DNA of 64,000 nt, taken from assembly GCA_963814585.1 (NCBI GenBank), contig CAWFDF010000011.1, positions 128,001 through 192,000 on the forward strand, written 5' to 3'. The translations under genes and the position numbers were made by a program. Origin of the DNA: an uncultured delta proteobacterium (GTDB lineage Bacteria; Myxococcota; Myxococcia; Myxococcales; Anaeromyxobacteraceae). The notes beneath the pieces are model-generated. The model had not been told where the DNA came from. It ran no database searches and saw only the letters and a program-made list of their open reading frames with translations. Shown in pieces: positions 33,142 to 47,374 of the stretch. Within the stretch, counting starts at the first letter, position 1. Each line of letters opens with the position of its first letter.

Positions 33142-33846
33142 ATGGCACGGCCGGTCGGACCTTCACGGGTGACGCGGCTGGCGGTCACGGTGCTCCTCGC
33201 CACCGGCATCATGGCCGGCTGCGGCCAGGACGTCGTCGACGACTTCCCGCTCGGCGTGGGGTTCCAGCCGCTCGAGCCGCTGGTCGCCGGGGCGGCCTGC
33301 CCGGCCGCCTCGGCCAACGAGCTCCACCCGCAAGGGCTTGGCGTCGTGGCCACCGGCCCGCAGGACGGCCACTACAGCTCGCACGCGTGCGGCTACCTCC
33401 ACGCGCCGCTCGCCAAGGTCTACGAGGCGCTCCACGACCCGGCCGCCAGCTACATCCACAACGACGGGAGCGGCACGCGCACCGACGGCCCGCCGGTCTT
33501 CGGGGTGGAGCCCTTCCCGGTCAGCTTCCGCGTCCGCTACGCCAGCCCGACGGGCATCCCGGGGCTGGGCGATGCCAGGTTCGACGTCACCTACCGGGCC
33601 GGGCCGCTGGAGGGGACCGAGGCGGCGCCGATCAAGGTGGGCGAGCGGTACCAGAAGACCTGGGGCGTCAAGAACATCGAGGTGATGTCCGGCTCGCTGG
33701 TGGCCACCGAGGTGGCCCCTGGCGTCACCGCGGTCGAGATGGTGGCGTGGCTGAAGGCCACCACCCAGTACCAGTCCGACTGCAACGGGACCGTGGTGGA
33801 CCTCTTCGGAGGTCTCGAGGCCAAGCTGGCCTCGATGCCGCCCTGA
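33142..33846 (+). CDS. Putative lipoprotein, possibly SRPBCC/START-like
   Basis: Lipobox-like MAGC after a hydrophobic stretch. HAPLAKVYEALHDP resembles an SRPBCC N-terminus. GGAGGAG RBS. Confidence 0.65.
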   Translation: MARPVGPSRVTRLAVTVLLATGIMAGCGQDVVDDFPLGVGFQPLEPLVAGAACPAASANELHPQGLGVVATGPQDGHYSSHACGYLHAPLAKVYEALHDPAASYIHNDGSGTRTDGPPVFGVEPFPVSFRVRYASPTGIPGLGDARFDVTYRAGPLEGTEAAPIKVGERYQKTWGVKNIEVMSGSLVATEVAPGVTAVEMVAWLKATTQYQSDCNGTVVDLFGGLEAKLASMPP

Positions 33847-33882
33847 TCGGCCTCGCCGGGCCGCGTCCAGGCGCGCCGCCCG

Positions 33883-35631
33883 TCACCCGCCCTGCTGGAG
33901 CTCGACGCGGACGTCCACCTCGAGCGTCTCGCCGGCGCCGCCCAGGTAGATGGTCCCCGAGGTGGGGGTGGCGTCACGCCAGGAGCGTCCCACCGCCACC
34001 CGCACGTGGTTGGTCTGGGTGATCACGCCATTGGTGGGGTCGAAGCCACGCCAGCCCACCTCGGGCAGGTAGACCTGGGCCCAGGCGTGGCTGGCCTCGC
34101 CCTGCGCCACGTTCTCGTGCTTCTGGCCGGTGTAGAGGTAGCCGCAGACGTAGCGGGCCGGCACCGAGAGGAGCCTGGCCATGCAGATGAAGAGGTTGGT
34201 GAAGTCCTGGCAGACGCCGCGCCGGTTGACGTAGGTCTCGAAGGGCGTGGTGAGCAGCGTGGTCGCCCCCTGCTCGTAGCGGTAGTCCCGGTGGATGGTG
34301 GCGTTCATGTCCAGCAGCGTCTCGAGCAGGTCGTAGCCGTTCCGCTCGACGAAGCTCATGGCGTACTCGACCAGGTCCTGCAGCTCGCTCTCCGGCAGCT
34401 CCTCGGGGAGGAGGAAGGGCTGGAGCACCTGCCGCTGCCAGGGCATCCAGGCCAGCGGGATGGTGGTCCGCGAACGGAGCGGCCGGTAGCTGATCGGCTC
34501 GCCGTCGAGCACGTCCACGGTGGACCGGGCCTCGACCACCAGCTCGCTGAAGGGGGTCTCCACCAGGAGCCGATGGGTCTGGTTGCCGAAGACGTCCTCG
34601 TAGTCGCGGGCGTCACCCGGCACCGAGATGCGCAGGGCGAAGGCCCGCAGCGACTGGAGCGGGTCGTGGATCGGCTTGAGCCGGAGCTGGTGCATCGACC
34701 GCTCCACCGGCTTCACGTACCGGTAGGTGGTGCGGTGGAGGAGATCGTAGCGTCGCGCCGCCGCCCGCTCCGGGCGGACCAGCCGCTGGTGGCCCCGGCT
34801 GGTGGCCAGGTGCAGCTGGGTGCCGCCGCCCGGCGGTCCCTGCTCCACCCGGACCACCCCCTGGCGAACGACCAGCAGCGCGCCCGGCGGCACCTGGCGC
34901 CACTGGCCGGTCCAGTCGCTGGTGACCTCGAGCGGCGCGGTCGAGATCACCACGCCCCGTCGGGCCTTGGGCCCCCGGGAGGTGAGGTCGACCACCAGGT
35001 CCTGGTCGGCGAGGCGCAGCTGGCCGTAGGGAGGCAGCGCCTCCCAGAGCCAGATGCCCCGGGCTTCGGGATCGCGGTCGGCGTAGACCAGCAGGTCGCG
35101 TCCGTCCGAGAGCACCGAGGTGAGGGTGCCGAGCTCGTTGATGGCGCCGAACCAGCCGTGGACCACCTCGAGGTCGGCCTCGTCGAGCGACGCCCAGCCG
35201 CGCTCGGAGAAGCGCCCCAGCAGGTCGCAGAGCACCTGCTCGGTGTCGGTGGAGCCGACCGGCTCGAAGGGCTGGTGCGGGCGTTGCGGCGGCCGCTCGC
35301 CCAGGCTGCCGGAGTGGGCGAAGAGCCAGTCGCGCCGCCCCCAGGCCCGCGAGAAGGGCTGGGTGTTGGCGTCGGAGGGCGCACCCCAGGTGGCGGTCCG
35401 GATGTGCACCACGAAGAGCGATGACTCGAGGTGCTCCCAGGCCTTCACCAGCTCCGAGCGGATCGAGCCGACCGGCGGGGCCGGCTCCTTGAGGACCGTC
35501 GCGGAGGGCTCGCCACCCGGGTAGTAGCCGATGCCCCAGCCGTCGGGGAGGGTGCGCCCGGGCTGGAGGCACCGGAGGTCGAAGGAGGGCGCGAGCGCAC
35601 CCTCGAAGGACATGGCGAGGAGGTTGGGCAT
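33883..35631 (-). CDS. Class II glutamine amidotransferase-like domain fused to a transglutaminase domain
   Basis: DGWGIGYY, HIRTAT, NTQPF and GSTDTE (YafJ/EgtC-like), then HRTTYRY, GVCQDF, SHAWAQ and FDPTN (TG triad). Start MPNLLAM at 35631. Confidence 0.88.
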   Translation of the reverse strand: MPNLLAMSFEGALAPSFDLRCLQPGRTLPDGWGIGYYPGGEPSATVLKEPAPPVGSIRSELVKAWEHLESSLFVVHIRTATWGAPSDANTQPFSRAWGRRDWLFAHSGSLGERPPQRPHQPFEPVGSTDTEQVLCDLLGRFSERGWASLDEADLEVVHGWFGAINELGTLTSVLSDGRDLLVYADRDPEARGIWLWEALPPYGQLRLADQDLVVDLTSRGPKARRGVVISTAPLEVTSDWTGQWRQVPPGALLVVRQGVVRVEQGPPGGGTQLHLATSRGHQRLVRPERAAARRYDLLHRTTYRYVKPVERSMHQLRLKPIHDPLQSLRAFALRISVPGDARDYEDVFGNQTHRLLVETPFSELVVEARSTVDVLDGEPISYRPLRSRTTIPLAWMPWQRQVLQPFLLPEELPESELQDLVEYAMSFVERNGYDLLETLLDMNATIHRDYRYEQGATTLLTTPFETYVNRRGVCQDFTNLFICMARLLSVPARYVCGYLYTGQKHENVAQGEASHAWAQVYLPEVGWRGFDPTNGVITQTNHVRVAVGRSWRDATPTSGTIYLGGAGETLEVDVRVELQQGG

Positions 35632-35644
35632 GCTTCGGGTGGCG

Positions 35645-36615
35645 CTACTGTCCGGTCGTGCCCACCGCCTCCGGGGCCGGATGGCCGAACAGCTCGCGGC
35701 CGATGTCATTGCAGATCGCGTGGGTCTCGTCCACCACGTGCGTGAGGAAGGGGTGGAGCTCGCCCGCGTCGATGTGCGGCCCGGCCTCGTCCAGCACCCA
35801 GCTCTCCAGGGCCCTCAGCGAGGTGAGGCTGCGCCCTCGCAGGTCGGCGTCGGCGGCGCGAACCCGGGCCAGGCGCTTGGAGGCGATGTGCAGGCAGTGG
35901 TTGACCGATCGAGGGAAGCGGGCCTCGAGCACCAGGAAGCGGGCCACCGTGGCCGCCGAGGCCTTGCCCTGGAAGCGCTTCATGAACGGCTCGAAGCCCG
36001 AGCAGGCCCGCAGCAGCGAGAGCCAGAGGGCCAGCTCGACCACCTGGTGCGCGCCCATGCGCTGCAGCGCGTGGTGGTGCACGTCGAGGATGCGAGCGGT
36101 CTGGCCAGCCCGTTCCAGCATCACGCCCAGCAGGATGAAGTTGAAGGCGTCGTCGTGGAGCATGGTCCCGTGGACGACGCCCAGGCAGAGCTGGGCGTGC
36201 TGCCGGAGGTGCCGGTAGAAGCCGTGCCGATCGGCCCGCCAGGTCTCGCGGCCGAGGCCGTCCATCCACAGGTGAAGCTCGTTGACCGCCTCCCAGGTCT
36301 CCAGGCTCACCACCTCGCGGATGGAGCGGGCGTTCTCCCGAGCCGCCGCCACGGAGCGGCGCAGCGAGGAGAGGTTGGTCTCCTCCCAGGTGAGCCAGGA
36401 CTGGACCAGCTCGCCGTCGGCGAAGGCCTGGTCGCCGTGCCGGGTCCGGAAGTCCTCCTCCTGGCCCGACACGATCACCGCCGGGTGCCAGGCCTGGCCC
36501 GGCTCCAGGTCGCCGTCGAGCGCGAGGTTCCGGGTCACCAGGCAGACGCGGGCGGTCGACTCGGCCCGCTCCAGGTAGCGCCCCAGCCAGAAGAGGTTCT
36601 CGGCGACGCGGCTGA

Positions 36616-36619
<4 letters not shown>
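35645..36619 (-). CDS. Alpha-E domain protein
   Basis: SRVAENLFWLGRYLERAE, ARENARSIRE, LERAGQTARILD and FPRS. GTG 36619 overlaps the upstream stop. Confidence 0.9.
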
Positions 36620-38075
<1,456 letters not shown>

Positions 38076-38079
<4 letters not shown>

Positions 38080-39806
38080 GTGGGATCTCCCATCCTGGTC
38101 GAGCCATCGGGGCCGCGCAGCGCCGAGAGCCGGCGCAGGTCGAGCGTCACGCCACCGCCGGCCAGCGGGCGGCGAAGGCCGAGCGGTCCTGGCTCGCGGA
38201 TCCGGACCCGCTCCCGGCAGCGGCGCCGGGCCTCGGCGGCGTCGTCGGGCAGGCCCGGGTAGGTGCCACCACCGGGGATCCACCCGTGCAGCTCGATGCC
38301 GACCCGCCGGCCGTCGCGCTCCCAGCCGAGGACCAGCGGGTCGTGCGCCGGCAGGCCGGGGTGCAGCCCGGGGCGAGGGACGAAGGACCGGAAGCGCAGC
38401 CCGGCCACGTGGCTCCGCCCGCTGTCGGCCGAGGTGAGCGGCACCTCCCAGCCGTCGGCGCCGACCCGCCCCGGGCCGGCCCCGCGATCATGGTCGATGC
38501 GCACCTCGACCCGCTCGGTGCTGGCGTCCACCAGCCGGGCGCCGGCCCGCTCCTGGCTGGCCACGTCGCCGAGCAGGGGCCAGAACTCCACCGCCGGCAC
38601 CACCGTGAGCGTGGTCCGTCCGAGCTTGACCTCGGCCAGCGGCTCGGGCCGCTCGACCAGCAGGGCGGTGGCGGCCGGTCCGAGTCCGAGCCCGTGGGCG
38701 GAGAGGTCGTCGAGGACGCCGCGCAGATCCTCCTCGAGGAAGCTGGGCAGCGCCAGGTGATCGTGGAGCGAGGCCCCCCAGTCGGCGAGCGGCTCGACGT
38801 ACGGGACCGCCACCAGCCGCGCCACCAGCGCCCGGAAGAGCGCCGCCAGCGCCGCCAGGCGGCCCGGGGTGGCCGGCATGCGCAGCGAGCGCAGCTCCAC
38901 CAGGCCCAGCCGGCCCCGCCCGGCGTGGAACGGGTTCCAGAGCTTCTCCACGTTGAGCTCGGCCCGGTGCGAGTTGCCCGAGGCGTCCACCAGCAGGGGC
39001 GCCAGGGTCTCCCAGAGCTCGGTCGGGCCGAGGTGCGGGCCGCGGGACTCCAGACGGTCGACCGCGACCTGCAGCTCCTCGAAGCGCTCCCGGACCCCCT
39101 CGTCCGGCCGCGGCCCTTGCGACGCCGAGCCGACGCAGTCGCCGGCGAAGGCGTAGGAGAGCGAGGGGTGGTTGCAGAGGAAGCGGATCATCCGCGGCAG
39201 CAGGACCGGGTGGCGGAAGAAGGGGCTCGCCTCCGGCGTCGGTCCGCCCAGCGTGAGCTGGCCGCCGCCGCCCGAATCGGACCCCCGGCCGTTGAAGCGC
39301 CAGCGGACCGGGGAGAGCCCGACCGCCTCGGCAGCGGCGTAGATGGCCTCGGCGTCGGCGAGGAAGGTGGCCAGGTCGGGGGCCGGCGCGGTGTTCACCT
39401 CCACCACGCCGGGGTCGGGCGTCACCGTGAGCTGCAGGTCGCCGTCGGCGAGCGGGGGCGCCTCCAGCGGCGGGCCGTCGAGGCTCCCCACCGTCACCCC
39501 GGTCGGCGCGGGCGGGTGGTGGCGGCGAAACCGGACGCCGAGGCAGAAGCGAGGCGCCGGCTCGCCGTCGAAGTGACGGCCGGCGAGGTGGAGCAGGCGG
39601 GGGTGGGCGGCCAGGCGCGGGGCCAGGTCGGTGAGCAGCGCGCGCGCCCGGGGGAGCTTGTCCCCGCCCTCGGCCCGGGTGAGCCACCAGGGCTCCTGGG
39701 AGCGGCGATCGGTGAAGGTGGGCTCGGCGCCCACCCAGACCTCCAGGCGGCGGTGCCGGAGCACCGCGTCCTGCTCGGCGAGCTCGGCGGCGAGCAGCGG
39801 CTCCAC
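38076..39806 (-). CDS. DUF2126-type putative amidoligase lacking the transglutaminase domain
   Basis: GAEPTF, VTPDPGVVEVN, GGGGQLTLGG, NHPSLSY, GNSHRAELNVEKL and GLVELR. Paralogous to the C-terminal part of the upstream gene. Confidence 0.85.
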
Positions 39807-39809
39807 GGC

Positions 39810-42800
39810 TCAGGCATCCTTCGCTTCGGCGTCGGGCTCGGGGACCGGGTGGTCGCCCGGGTGGCGGCGCAGGTCGAGCGACCAGGGGGTCTCGGGGTGG
39901 ACCGGGACGCGGCGGGGCTCGACCGGCCAGGGGGTGGCGCCGTCGACGGTGAAGCGCTGCGCCCGCCGGGCCGCGGCCTCGAAGCGGGTCAGCGGCGGCG
40001 TGTCGTAGGCGCGCCCCTCCGGGTGCCAGACGTGGTAGCGGCAGGCGCCGAGGGAGCGGCGCCCCCATCCGTCGCAGAGCTCGATGGTGATCGGGTGGTG
40101 GACGCCGAGGTGCGGGTGGAGCGCATGGGGCGGTGCCCAGGCGCGGAAGCGGACCCCGCCGAGGACCTCGCCGGCCGTGCCGGTGGAGCGCACCGGCAGC
40201 TCGATGCCGTTGACCACCACCTGGTGGCGCTCTGGCACGATCCCGGAGGCGCGGATCTCGATCCGCTCCACCGAGGAGTCCACGTAGCGAGAGGTGCCGC
40301 CGCCGGTGGGCTCCTCGCCGAGCACGTTCCACGGCTCGAGGGCGTTGCGCACCTCCAGCAGGGAGTCGCCGGCCACCAGGCGGCCCACCACCGGGCAGCG
40401 CAGCTCGAGGAAGGCGCGGTACGGCTCGACCGGGAGCGCCAGCCCACGCTCGTCGAGGAAGGCCAGCACCTCCTCGAAGTCGCGCCAGAGGTGGTGCGGG
40501 AGGAGGAAGCGGTCGTGGAGCGCGGCCCCCCAGCGGATCAGCGGCCTGCGGTAGGGCCCCTTGGCGAAGGCGGCCAGGAGCGATCGCGCCAGCAGGACCT
40601 GGGCCGTGGCCAGCCGCGGGTGGGGCGGCATCTCGAAGGCGCGCAGCTCGACGACACCCTGGCGGCCGTGCGCGGTGCGCCAGTCCCAGAGCTTGTCGAT
40701 GGAGATCTCGGCCCGGTGGGTGTTGCCGGTGAGGTCGGTGAGCAGGTTGCGCAGCAGCATGTCGCCGAGCCACGGGGCCGGGTCGGTGGCGCGGAAGGCC
40801 TCGGCCAGCGCGATCTCCAGCTCGGAGAGGGTGTCGAGGCGCGCCTCGTCGACCCGCGGCGCCTGCGAGGTGGGGCCGACGAAGAGGCCGGTGAAGAGGA
40901 AGGAGAGGGATGGGTGGTGCTGCGCGAAGGTCACCAGGCTGGCGACCAGGTCGGGCCGCCTCACCAGCGGGCTCTCCAGCGGCGTCGGCCCGCCCAGCGT
41001 GACGTGGTGGCCTCCGCCCGATCCCGCGGCCCGGCCGTCCAGCAGCCACTTCTCGGCGTGGAGCCCGGCGTGGAGCGCGGCCTCGAAGACCGTCCCCATC
41101 AGCCCGGCGTGCTCCCGGCCGCTCCGCTGCGGCGGCAGGTTCACCTCGAGGACGCCCGGGTCCGGCGTGACCGCCAGCTGGACGAGGCGGGGCGAGGGTG
41201 GAGGCGGGTACCCCTCCAGCTGGACGTCCAGGCCGGTGGCGAGGCGGGTGGCGTCGATCGCGGCCACCAGGGCGAGGAAGTCGTCCACCCGGGCCACCGG
41301 CGGCAGGAAGACGTGCAGCGTGCCTTCCCGAAGCTCGACGCAGAGCGCGGTCCGGACCGGCTCGAGGCGGGTCGCGGCCCGGGTGGCCTCGCGGAGCCTG
41401 GCCTGGACCTCCTCCGACTCGGCCCGGCGCGGATCGGGCGCGGGGAGCGGGGCCTCCTCGGGCTTCACCTCCGGCGCGCCGCCGAGCGCGGCCAGCGGCA
41501 AGCGAAGCCCCAGGGGGCTGTCGCCCGGGAGCAGGAAGAGGTGCTCGCGGCGGAAGCGCCAGCGCTCGGTCCGCCAGCCCTCGCCGTCCCGGATCAGCGG
41601 CAGCACCCAGCCGACCGGCGCCCCCGGGGCGCCGCCGAGGATGCGGGCCAGCCGCCGCCGCTCCGGGCCGTCATCCAGGCTCGCCAGCAGGGGATCGACG
41701 CCGACCGGCAGGCTGGCCTCGTCCTTGATGAGCAGCCAGGGATCCTCGAAGGCGGCGCGGGGCGTGCCGGCGGGCAGGCCGAGGCGTTCGGCCAGCGCGG
41801 CGGCGAAGCGTCGCGCGGCGTCGGGTCCCGGGGCGCCGCCCGCCACGGCGCGATCGGGCCACAGCGCCTGGCCGTCGCGGAGGCCGATCAGCTCGATGGC
41901 CCAGCGCGGCAGCGGCTCGCCCGGGTACCACTTCCCCTGGCGGCGCAGCAACAGGCCACCCGGGGTGAGCCGCTCACGGAGCCGGCGCGCCAGCGCCAGC
42001 CCCGCCGTCCACTTGGACGGCCCGAGCGCCTCGCCGTTCCACTCGGGCGCCTCGGCGTGCTCGCGGGAGTTGAAGGTCGGCTCACCGCCGCTGGTGAGCT
42101 GGAGCCCTTCCGCCTCGAGCGCCGCGTCGGCGCGCTCGGCGCCGGCCAGCAGCGCCGTCCAGGCCGCCTCCGGGAACGGGGCGGTGGGCCGGACCTCGTG
42201 CCCGAGGCGATCGACGGTCAGCGTGAAGGAGATCTCGGTGGCCGGCTGGTCGCTGGTTCCCTCCAGCGGCGCGCCCAGCGCCGGGCGGGCCACGGAGGCC
42301 AGCGGGATGTGCCCCTCGCCGCAGAGCAGGCCGCTGGTCGGGTCGAGCCCGATCCAGCCGCCGCCTGGCACGAAGACCTCGGTCCAGGCGTGGAGGTCGG
42401 CCACGTCACGGCCCACGCCCCTGGGCTCGTCGGGGAGCATCCCCTCGTCGGCCAGCTGCACCAGGTAGCCGGAGGCGAAGCGCGCCGCCAGCCCGCGGGC
42501 GCGCAGGAGCGACATGAGGAGGACCGCCTGGTCGCGGCAGCTGCCGCACTCCCGGGTGAGCGACTCCTCCGGGGTCCAGATCCCCGGCTCCTCCCGGATG
42601 ACGTAGCGAAGCGCCTGGTTGACGCGCCGGTTCACCTCCACCACGAAGTCCACGGTGGGGCCACCAGCCGGCAGCGATCCGAGCAGCGCCTGGAAGCGAG
42701 GGCCGCTGGCCAGCTCCGGATCGGTCCGGTCCAGGAAGGGGACCAGATCGCGGGCCAGCTCCGGCGGGTAGGCGAACGGGACCGTCTCGCACCGGTCGTC

Positions 42801-43082
42801 GATGAAGAAGTCGAACGGGTTGACGGGGCGGATGTCCAGCCCCACCTCGACGGTGACCTCCAGCGCCGGGAGCCGGAGCCCCTTGGCGAAGGAGACATGG
42901 GCCAGGTGGTTGCCGAACGGATCCTGCAGCCAGCGGACGGCGGCCCCTTCGGGCACCTTGAGGGCGTAGTGCTCGATGGCGGCGCGGGCGTGGGAGGCCG
43001 GGCGGAGCCGGATGGTGTGCGGGCCGAGGGCGGCCGGCGCAGGGTAGCGGTAGGTGCTCCGGTGCTGCAGGAGGATTCGCAG
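39810..43082 (-). CDS. Transglutaminase plus DUF2126 amidoligase fusion protein (probable CTG start)
   Basis: The frame stays open upstream to [30 protein letters not shown] triad GSCRD/LHAW/LDPT, then [24 protein letters not shown] and [13 protein letters not shown]. Confidence 0.9.
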   Translation of the reverse strand: MRILLQHRSTYRYPAPAALGPHTIRLRPASHARAAIEHYALKVPEGAAVRWLQDPFGNHLAHVSFAKGLRLPALEVTVEVGLDIRPVNPFDFFIDDRCETVPFAYPPELARDLVPFLDRTDPELASGPRFQALLGSLPAGGPTVDFVVEVNRRVNQALRYVIREEPGIWTPEESLTRECGSCRDQAVLLMSLLRARGLAARFASGYLVQLADEGMLPDEPRGVGRDVADLHAWTEVFVPGGGWIGLDPTSGLLCGEGHIPLASVARPALGAPLEGTSDQPATEISFTLTVDRLGHEVRPTAPFPEAAWTALLAGAERADAALEAEGLQLTSGGEPTFNSREHAEAPEWNGEALGPSKWTAGLALARRLRERLTPGGLLLRRQGKWYPGEPLPRWAIELIGLRDGQALWPDRAVAGGAPGPDAARRFAAALAERLGLPAGTPRAAFEDPWLLIKDEASLPVGVDPLLASLDDGPERRRLARILGGAPGAPVGWVLPLIRDGEGWRTERWRFRREHLFLLPGDSPLGLRLPLAALGGAPEVKPEEAPLPAPDPRRAESEEVQARLREATRAATRLEPVRTALCVELREGTLHVFLPPVARVDDFLALVAAIDATRLATGLDVQLEGYPPPPSPRLVQLAVTPDPGVLEVNLPPQRSGREHAGLMGTVFEAALHAGLHAEKWLLDGRAAGSGGGHHVTLGGPTPLESPLVRRPDLVASLVTFAQHHPSLSFLFTGLFVGPTSQAPRVDEARLDTLSELEIALAEAFRATDPAPWLGDMLLRNLLTDLTGNTHRAEISIDKLWDWRTAHGRQGVVELRAFEMPPHPRLATAQVLLARSLLAAFAKGPYRRPLIRWGAALHDRFLLPHHLWRDFEEVLAFLDERGLALPVEPYRAFLELRCPVVGRLVAGDSLLEVRNALEPWNVLGEEPTGGGTSRYVDSSVERIEIRASGIVPERHQVVVNGIELPVRSTGTAGEVLGGVRFRAWAPPHALHPHLGVHHPITIELCDGWGRRSLGACRYHVWHPEGRAYDTPPLTRFEAAARRAQRFTVDGATPWPVEPRRVPVHPETPWSLDLRRHPGDHPVPEPDAEAKDA

Positions 43083-43114
43083 GGGGGCGTCCTTTCACCG
43101 AGCTCGGTCTCGTC

Positions 43115-43130
43115 TGCAAGGAGTCCGCCA
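43115..43130 (-). promoter_or_regulatory. Sigma54 (-24/-12) promoter for the TG/ATP-grasp operon
   Basis: TGGCGGACTCCTTGCA fits GG-N10-GC, ~30 nt upstream of the inferred start. Confidence 0.7.
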
Positions 43131-43444
43131 CAGTATGCCCCGGCGGAGGCTCACGCGAGGCCCATGCCGGCGCCGAGACCGCCGCCAAGGCGCGGGGCGC
43201 GGACCGGCCGTGCATGCTTTCCGGGCAGGACCTGCCGGATCGCCGGGCGATCGCCCGGTGGGTCGGGGCCACCGCCCGGACGGGTTCAGGTTCGCCGGCC
43301 TTCATGGCATGAGCGGCGGCGAGCGCGCCGGCCAGGGGACCGCGAGCCATCCGAGGTCGGGCCGGGGAGGGCCACCCCGGTCTTCAGCAAGGAAGGTGGG
43401 CGGCGAGCCCCCGAATGGCGGGGCTCGCCACGGGACGGGCCGGA

Positions 43445-44964
<1,520 letters not shown>

Positions 44965-44993
44965 TCACACCGACTGAAGCTCCTGATTTTCCA

Positions 44994-45035
44994 GGATCGG
45001 ACTACTCTGGGTCTGGATCGAACTACTCTGGGTCA
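44994..45035. repeat. 21-bp tandem duplication (GGATCGRACTACTCTGGGTCW x2)
   Basis: Directly visible, 15 nt upstream of the GTG at 45051. Confidence 0.7.
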
Positions 45036-45050
45036 GGAGCTGGGACCCCG

Positions 45051-46877
45051 GTGACCACGCTTCCGCTCCTCTTCCTGGCGCTGACCGCCGCGAGGCCCGC
45101 CCCGGGCCCGGCCGCCCTCGAGCTCGCCGGCGTGCCGGTCGCCCTGGCGCTGGAGGTGAGGGTGGCCGGGAAGGGCCTGGCGCTTCCGCTCGCCTGGCGC
45201 AGCGAGTCCGGCGAGGAGATCGGCACGGCCAGCGCCCCCGAGCTGGACGCCGAGGTGCGGCTGGAGCCCGAGGCCGGGGCGGGCCGGCGGCTCCGGGTCC
45301 GGCTTCGCTGGCGCCGTGCCGTCGGCCTGGAGCGGGCCGCGGTGGCGCTCGGCTGGGCGGGCGATCGGCCCTGGGCGGTCGGCCGCGATCTCGCCCCGGC
45401 GCCGCTCCTCGACGCCGTCCGGACCGGGCGGGGCACGCCGCTGCTGGCCGGCGCCGGTCCGCTCCTGCTCACCGGCGGCCCCGGGCTGGTGGCGGCCCGG
45501 CTCGCGCCCGCCGCCGGCGGCCTCACCGCCACGCTCTACCTCGACGACGCGGCGGAGCGTCCCTTCGCCACCTACCTGGCCTGCCTGGAGAGCCTGCCGC
45601 CCCTCGGCGAGGGTGGCCCGGGCGGCTACCGGGCCCTGGAGCGGAAGCGCGCCTGGACCGAGTCGCCGCGCCGGCCCGGGGACGAGGACCGGCTCGAGGC
45701 CACGCTCCACGCCCTCGGTCCGGGCCGGTCCATGCCGCTGGTGGTCGAGCGCTGGCCACGCGGCGCCCGCGCCGCCGTGGTCTTCACCGACCACGCCGAC
45801 CGCACCGATCCCGCCGCGCTGCGCGCCGTCCTCTTCGGCCACTCCGACCCGCGCGCCGAGGGGAGCCGCGGCTCAGGCCTGCTCGGGCGGGGCCTCGCCA
45901 TCACCCGGAGCTTCTTCGTCCGGCCCGGGTCCGGCACGCTGGCCGACCCCGAGACCTGGAGGCTGGCGAGCTGGCTGGTCGGCGCCGGCTCCGAGGTGGC
46001 GCTCCACTCCATCTCCGACGCCCGCGACGACCAGGAGGCGATCCGGGCCGGGCTCGAGGCCGCCGCCCCGCTCCGGCCCGAGACCTGGATCGACCACCAG
46101 CCCTACGTGAACTGCGAGGCGCTCTCGGCGGGCGGGGCCCAGGCCGGCTCGCCGTGGGAGGACCGCGCGCTGCTGGCGGAGGGAGGCATCCGCTGGGCCT
46201 GGGCCGCCGGCGACGTGGCCGGCTTCCGCGCCGTCGAGGTGCGCGACCTCTTCGGCGCCGCGCCGCCGGGGGAGCCCAGCCCCGCCATCTACCCGCTCCC
46301 GGGCGAGCCGCGCCTCTGGGTCTTCCAGTCGAGCTTCTTCTACGCGCCCCCCGCCGAGCTGGCACGGGCCCTCTCCAACGGGCCGCTGGATCGCCTGGAG
46401 CGCGGCGGCGGCCTCTTCGTGGCCCACACCTACCTGGGCGCCGGGCCGGCGACCACGCACCGGGGCCCCGCGGCGGCGCGGCTACCGGTCCGGCCGCTCG
46501 CCGGGGGCGCGCTCGAGATCGATCCCGCGCTCGACGAGGCGCTGGCCCGGCTGGCGTCGCGGGTCGCCGCGGGCAGCCTGGTCTCGCTGCCCTGGGCCGA
46601 GGCGGGGGACCGGCTGCGGGCGCTCGGCGCCGTCGAGGTCAGGTACCTCGCCGACGGCGGCGCGGTGGTGGTCAACCACGGCGACGTCGCCCTCGGCGGC
46701 CTCACCGTCGCGCTCCCGGCGGCCGGCCTGGAGCTTTGGATCGACGGCGAGCCGGCCTCGGCGCGCCGGGACGTGGCGGGCACCAGCCGGATCTGGTTCG
46801 ATCTCCCGGCCCACGGCCGGCGGGTGGTGCGGGCCACGCGCGGGGTCGTCCCGGTGCCGCTCCTGCCGCCGCCCTGA
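45051..46877 (+). CDS. Exported protein with a divergent polysaccharide deacetylase (NodB/CE4)-like domain
   Basis: Signal-like N-terminus. WPRGARAAVVFTDHAD and GSEVALHS resemble CE4 motifs 1 and 2. Confidence 0.55.
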   Translation: MTTLPLLFLALTAARPAPGPAALELAGVPVALALEVRVAGKGLALPLAWRSESGEEIGTASAPELDAEVRLEPEAGAGRRLRVRLRWRRAVGLERAAVALGWAGDRPWAVGRDLAPAPLLDAVRTGRGTPLLAGAGPLLLTGGPGLVAARLAPAAGGLTATLYLDDAAERPFATYLACLESLPPLGEGGPGGYRALERKRAWTESPRRPGDEDRLEATLHALGPGRSMPLVVERWPRGARAAVVFTDHADRTDPAALRAVLFGHSDPRAEGSRGSGLLGRGLAITRSFFVRPGSGTLADPETWRLASWLVGAGSEVALHSISDARDDQEAIRAGLEAAAPLRPETWIDHQPYVNCEALSAGGAQAGSPWEDRALLAEGGIRWAWAAGDVAGFRAVEVRDLFGAAPPGEPSPAIYPLPGEPRLWVFQSSFFYAPPAELARALSNGPLDRLERGGGLFVAHTYLGAGPATTHRGPAAARLPVRPLAGGALEIDPALDEALARLASRVAAGSLVSLPWAEAGDRLRALGAVEVRYLADGGAVVVNHGDVALGGLTVALPAAGLELWIDGEPASARRDVAGTSRIWFDLPAHGRRVVRATRGVVPVPLLPPP

Positions 46878-46909
46878 CGGCCCTTCGCGCCGAGGAGAGG
46901 TCCACGACC

Positions 46910-47374
46910 ATGGAGATCCGCCCCGCCACCGCCGCCGACCTGGCCCCGCTCGCCGCCGGGCTGGCCCGGCTCGAGCTCATGCAGCGGTACGGCCGCGACG
47001 AGCCGCGCCTGGCCGGGGACCTGGCGCAGGCGCTCGCCCGCGGTGACGGGCTCCTGGTGGCCGCCGAGGGCGGGGGTCCGCTCGGGCTGGCCTGGTTCCT
47101 GCGCCAGGGGACGCTGGGGATGGGCGGCTACCTGAAGCTGATGGCGGTGCTGCCGGGGTCCCAGGCGCGCGGCGTCGGGGCGAGGCTGCTCTCCGCGTTC
47201 GAGGCCGACCTGGCCGGGTCGGCCGGCCACGGGTTCCTGCTCTGCTCCGACTTCAACGCTTCCGCGCAGGCCTTCTACGAGCGCCGCGGCTGGACCCGCG
47301 TGGGCGCGCTGCCGGCGCTGGTGCTGCCCGGCGTGGCCGAGCTGATCTACTGGAAGCGGCTCCGCCCGCGCTGA
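46910..47374 (+). CDS. GNAT acetyltransferase
   Basis: MEIRPATAADL, AVLPGSQARGVGARLL and N..AQAFYERRGW. GAGGAGAGG RBS. Confidence 0.88.
   Translation: MEIRPATAADLAPLAAGLARLELMQRYGRDEPRLAGDLAQALARGDGLLVAAEGGGPLGLAWFLRQGTLGMGGYLKLMAVLPGSQARGVGARLLSAFEADLAGSAGHGFLLCSDFNASAQAFYERRGWTRVGALPALVLPGVAELIYWKRLRPR

Noticed and set aside
47253..47374. Convergent overlap of the GST tail with the GNAT gene (similarly suhB and the M23-like gene)
   Set aside because: Low-complexity run-on tails are common where stop codons are scarce in GC-rich DNA, and there is no sign of function.
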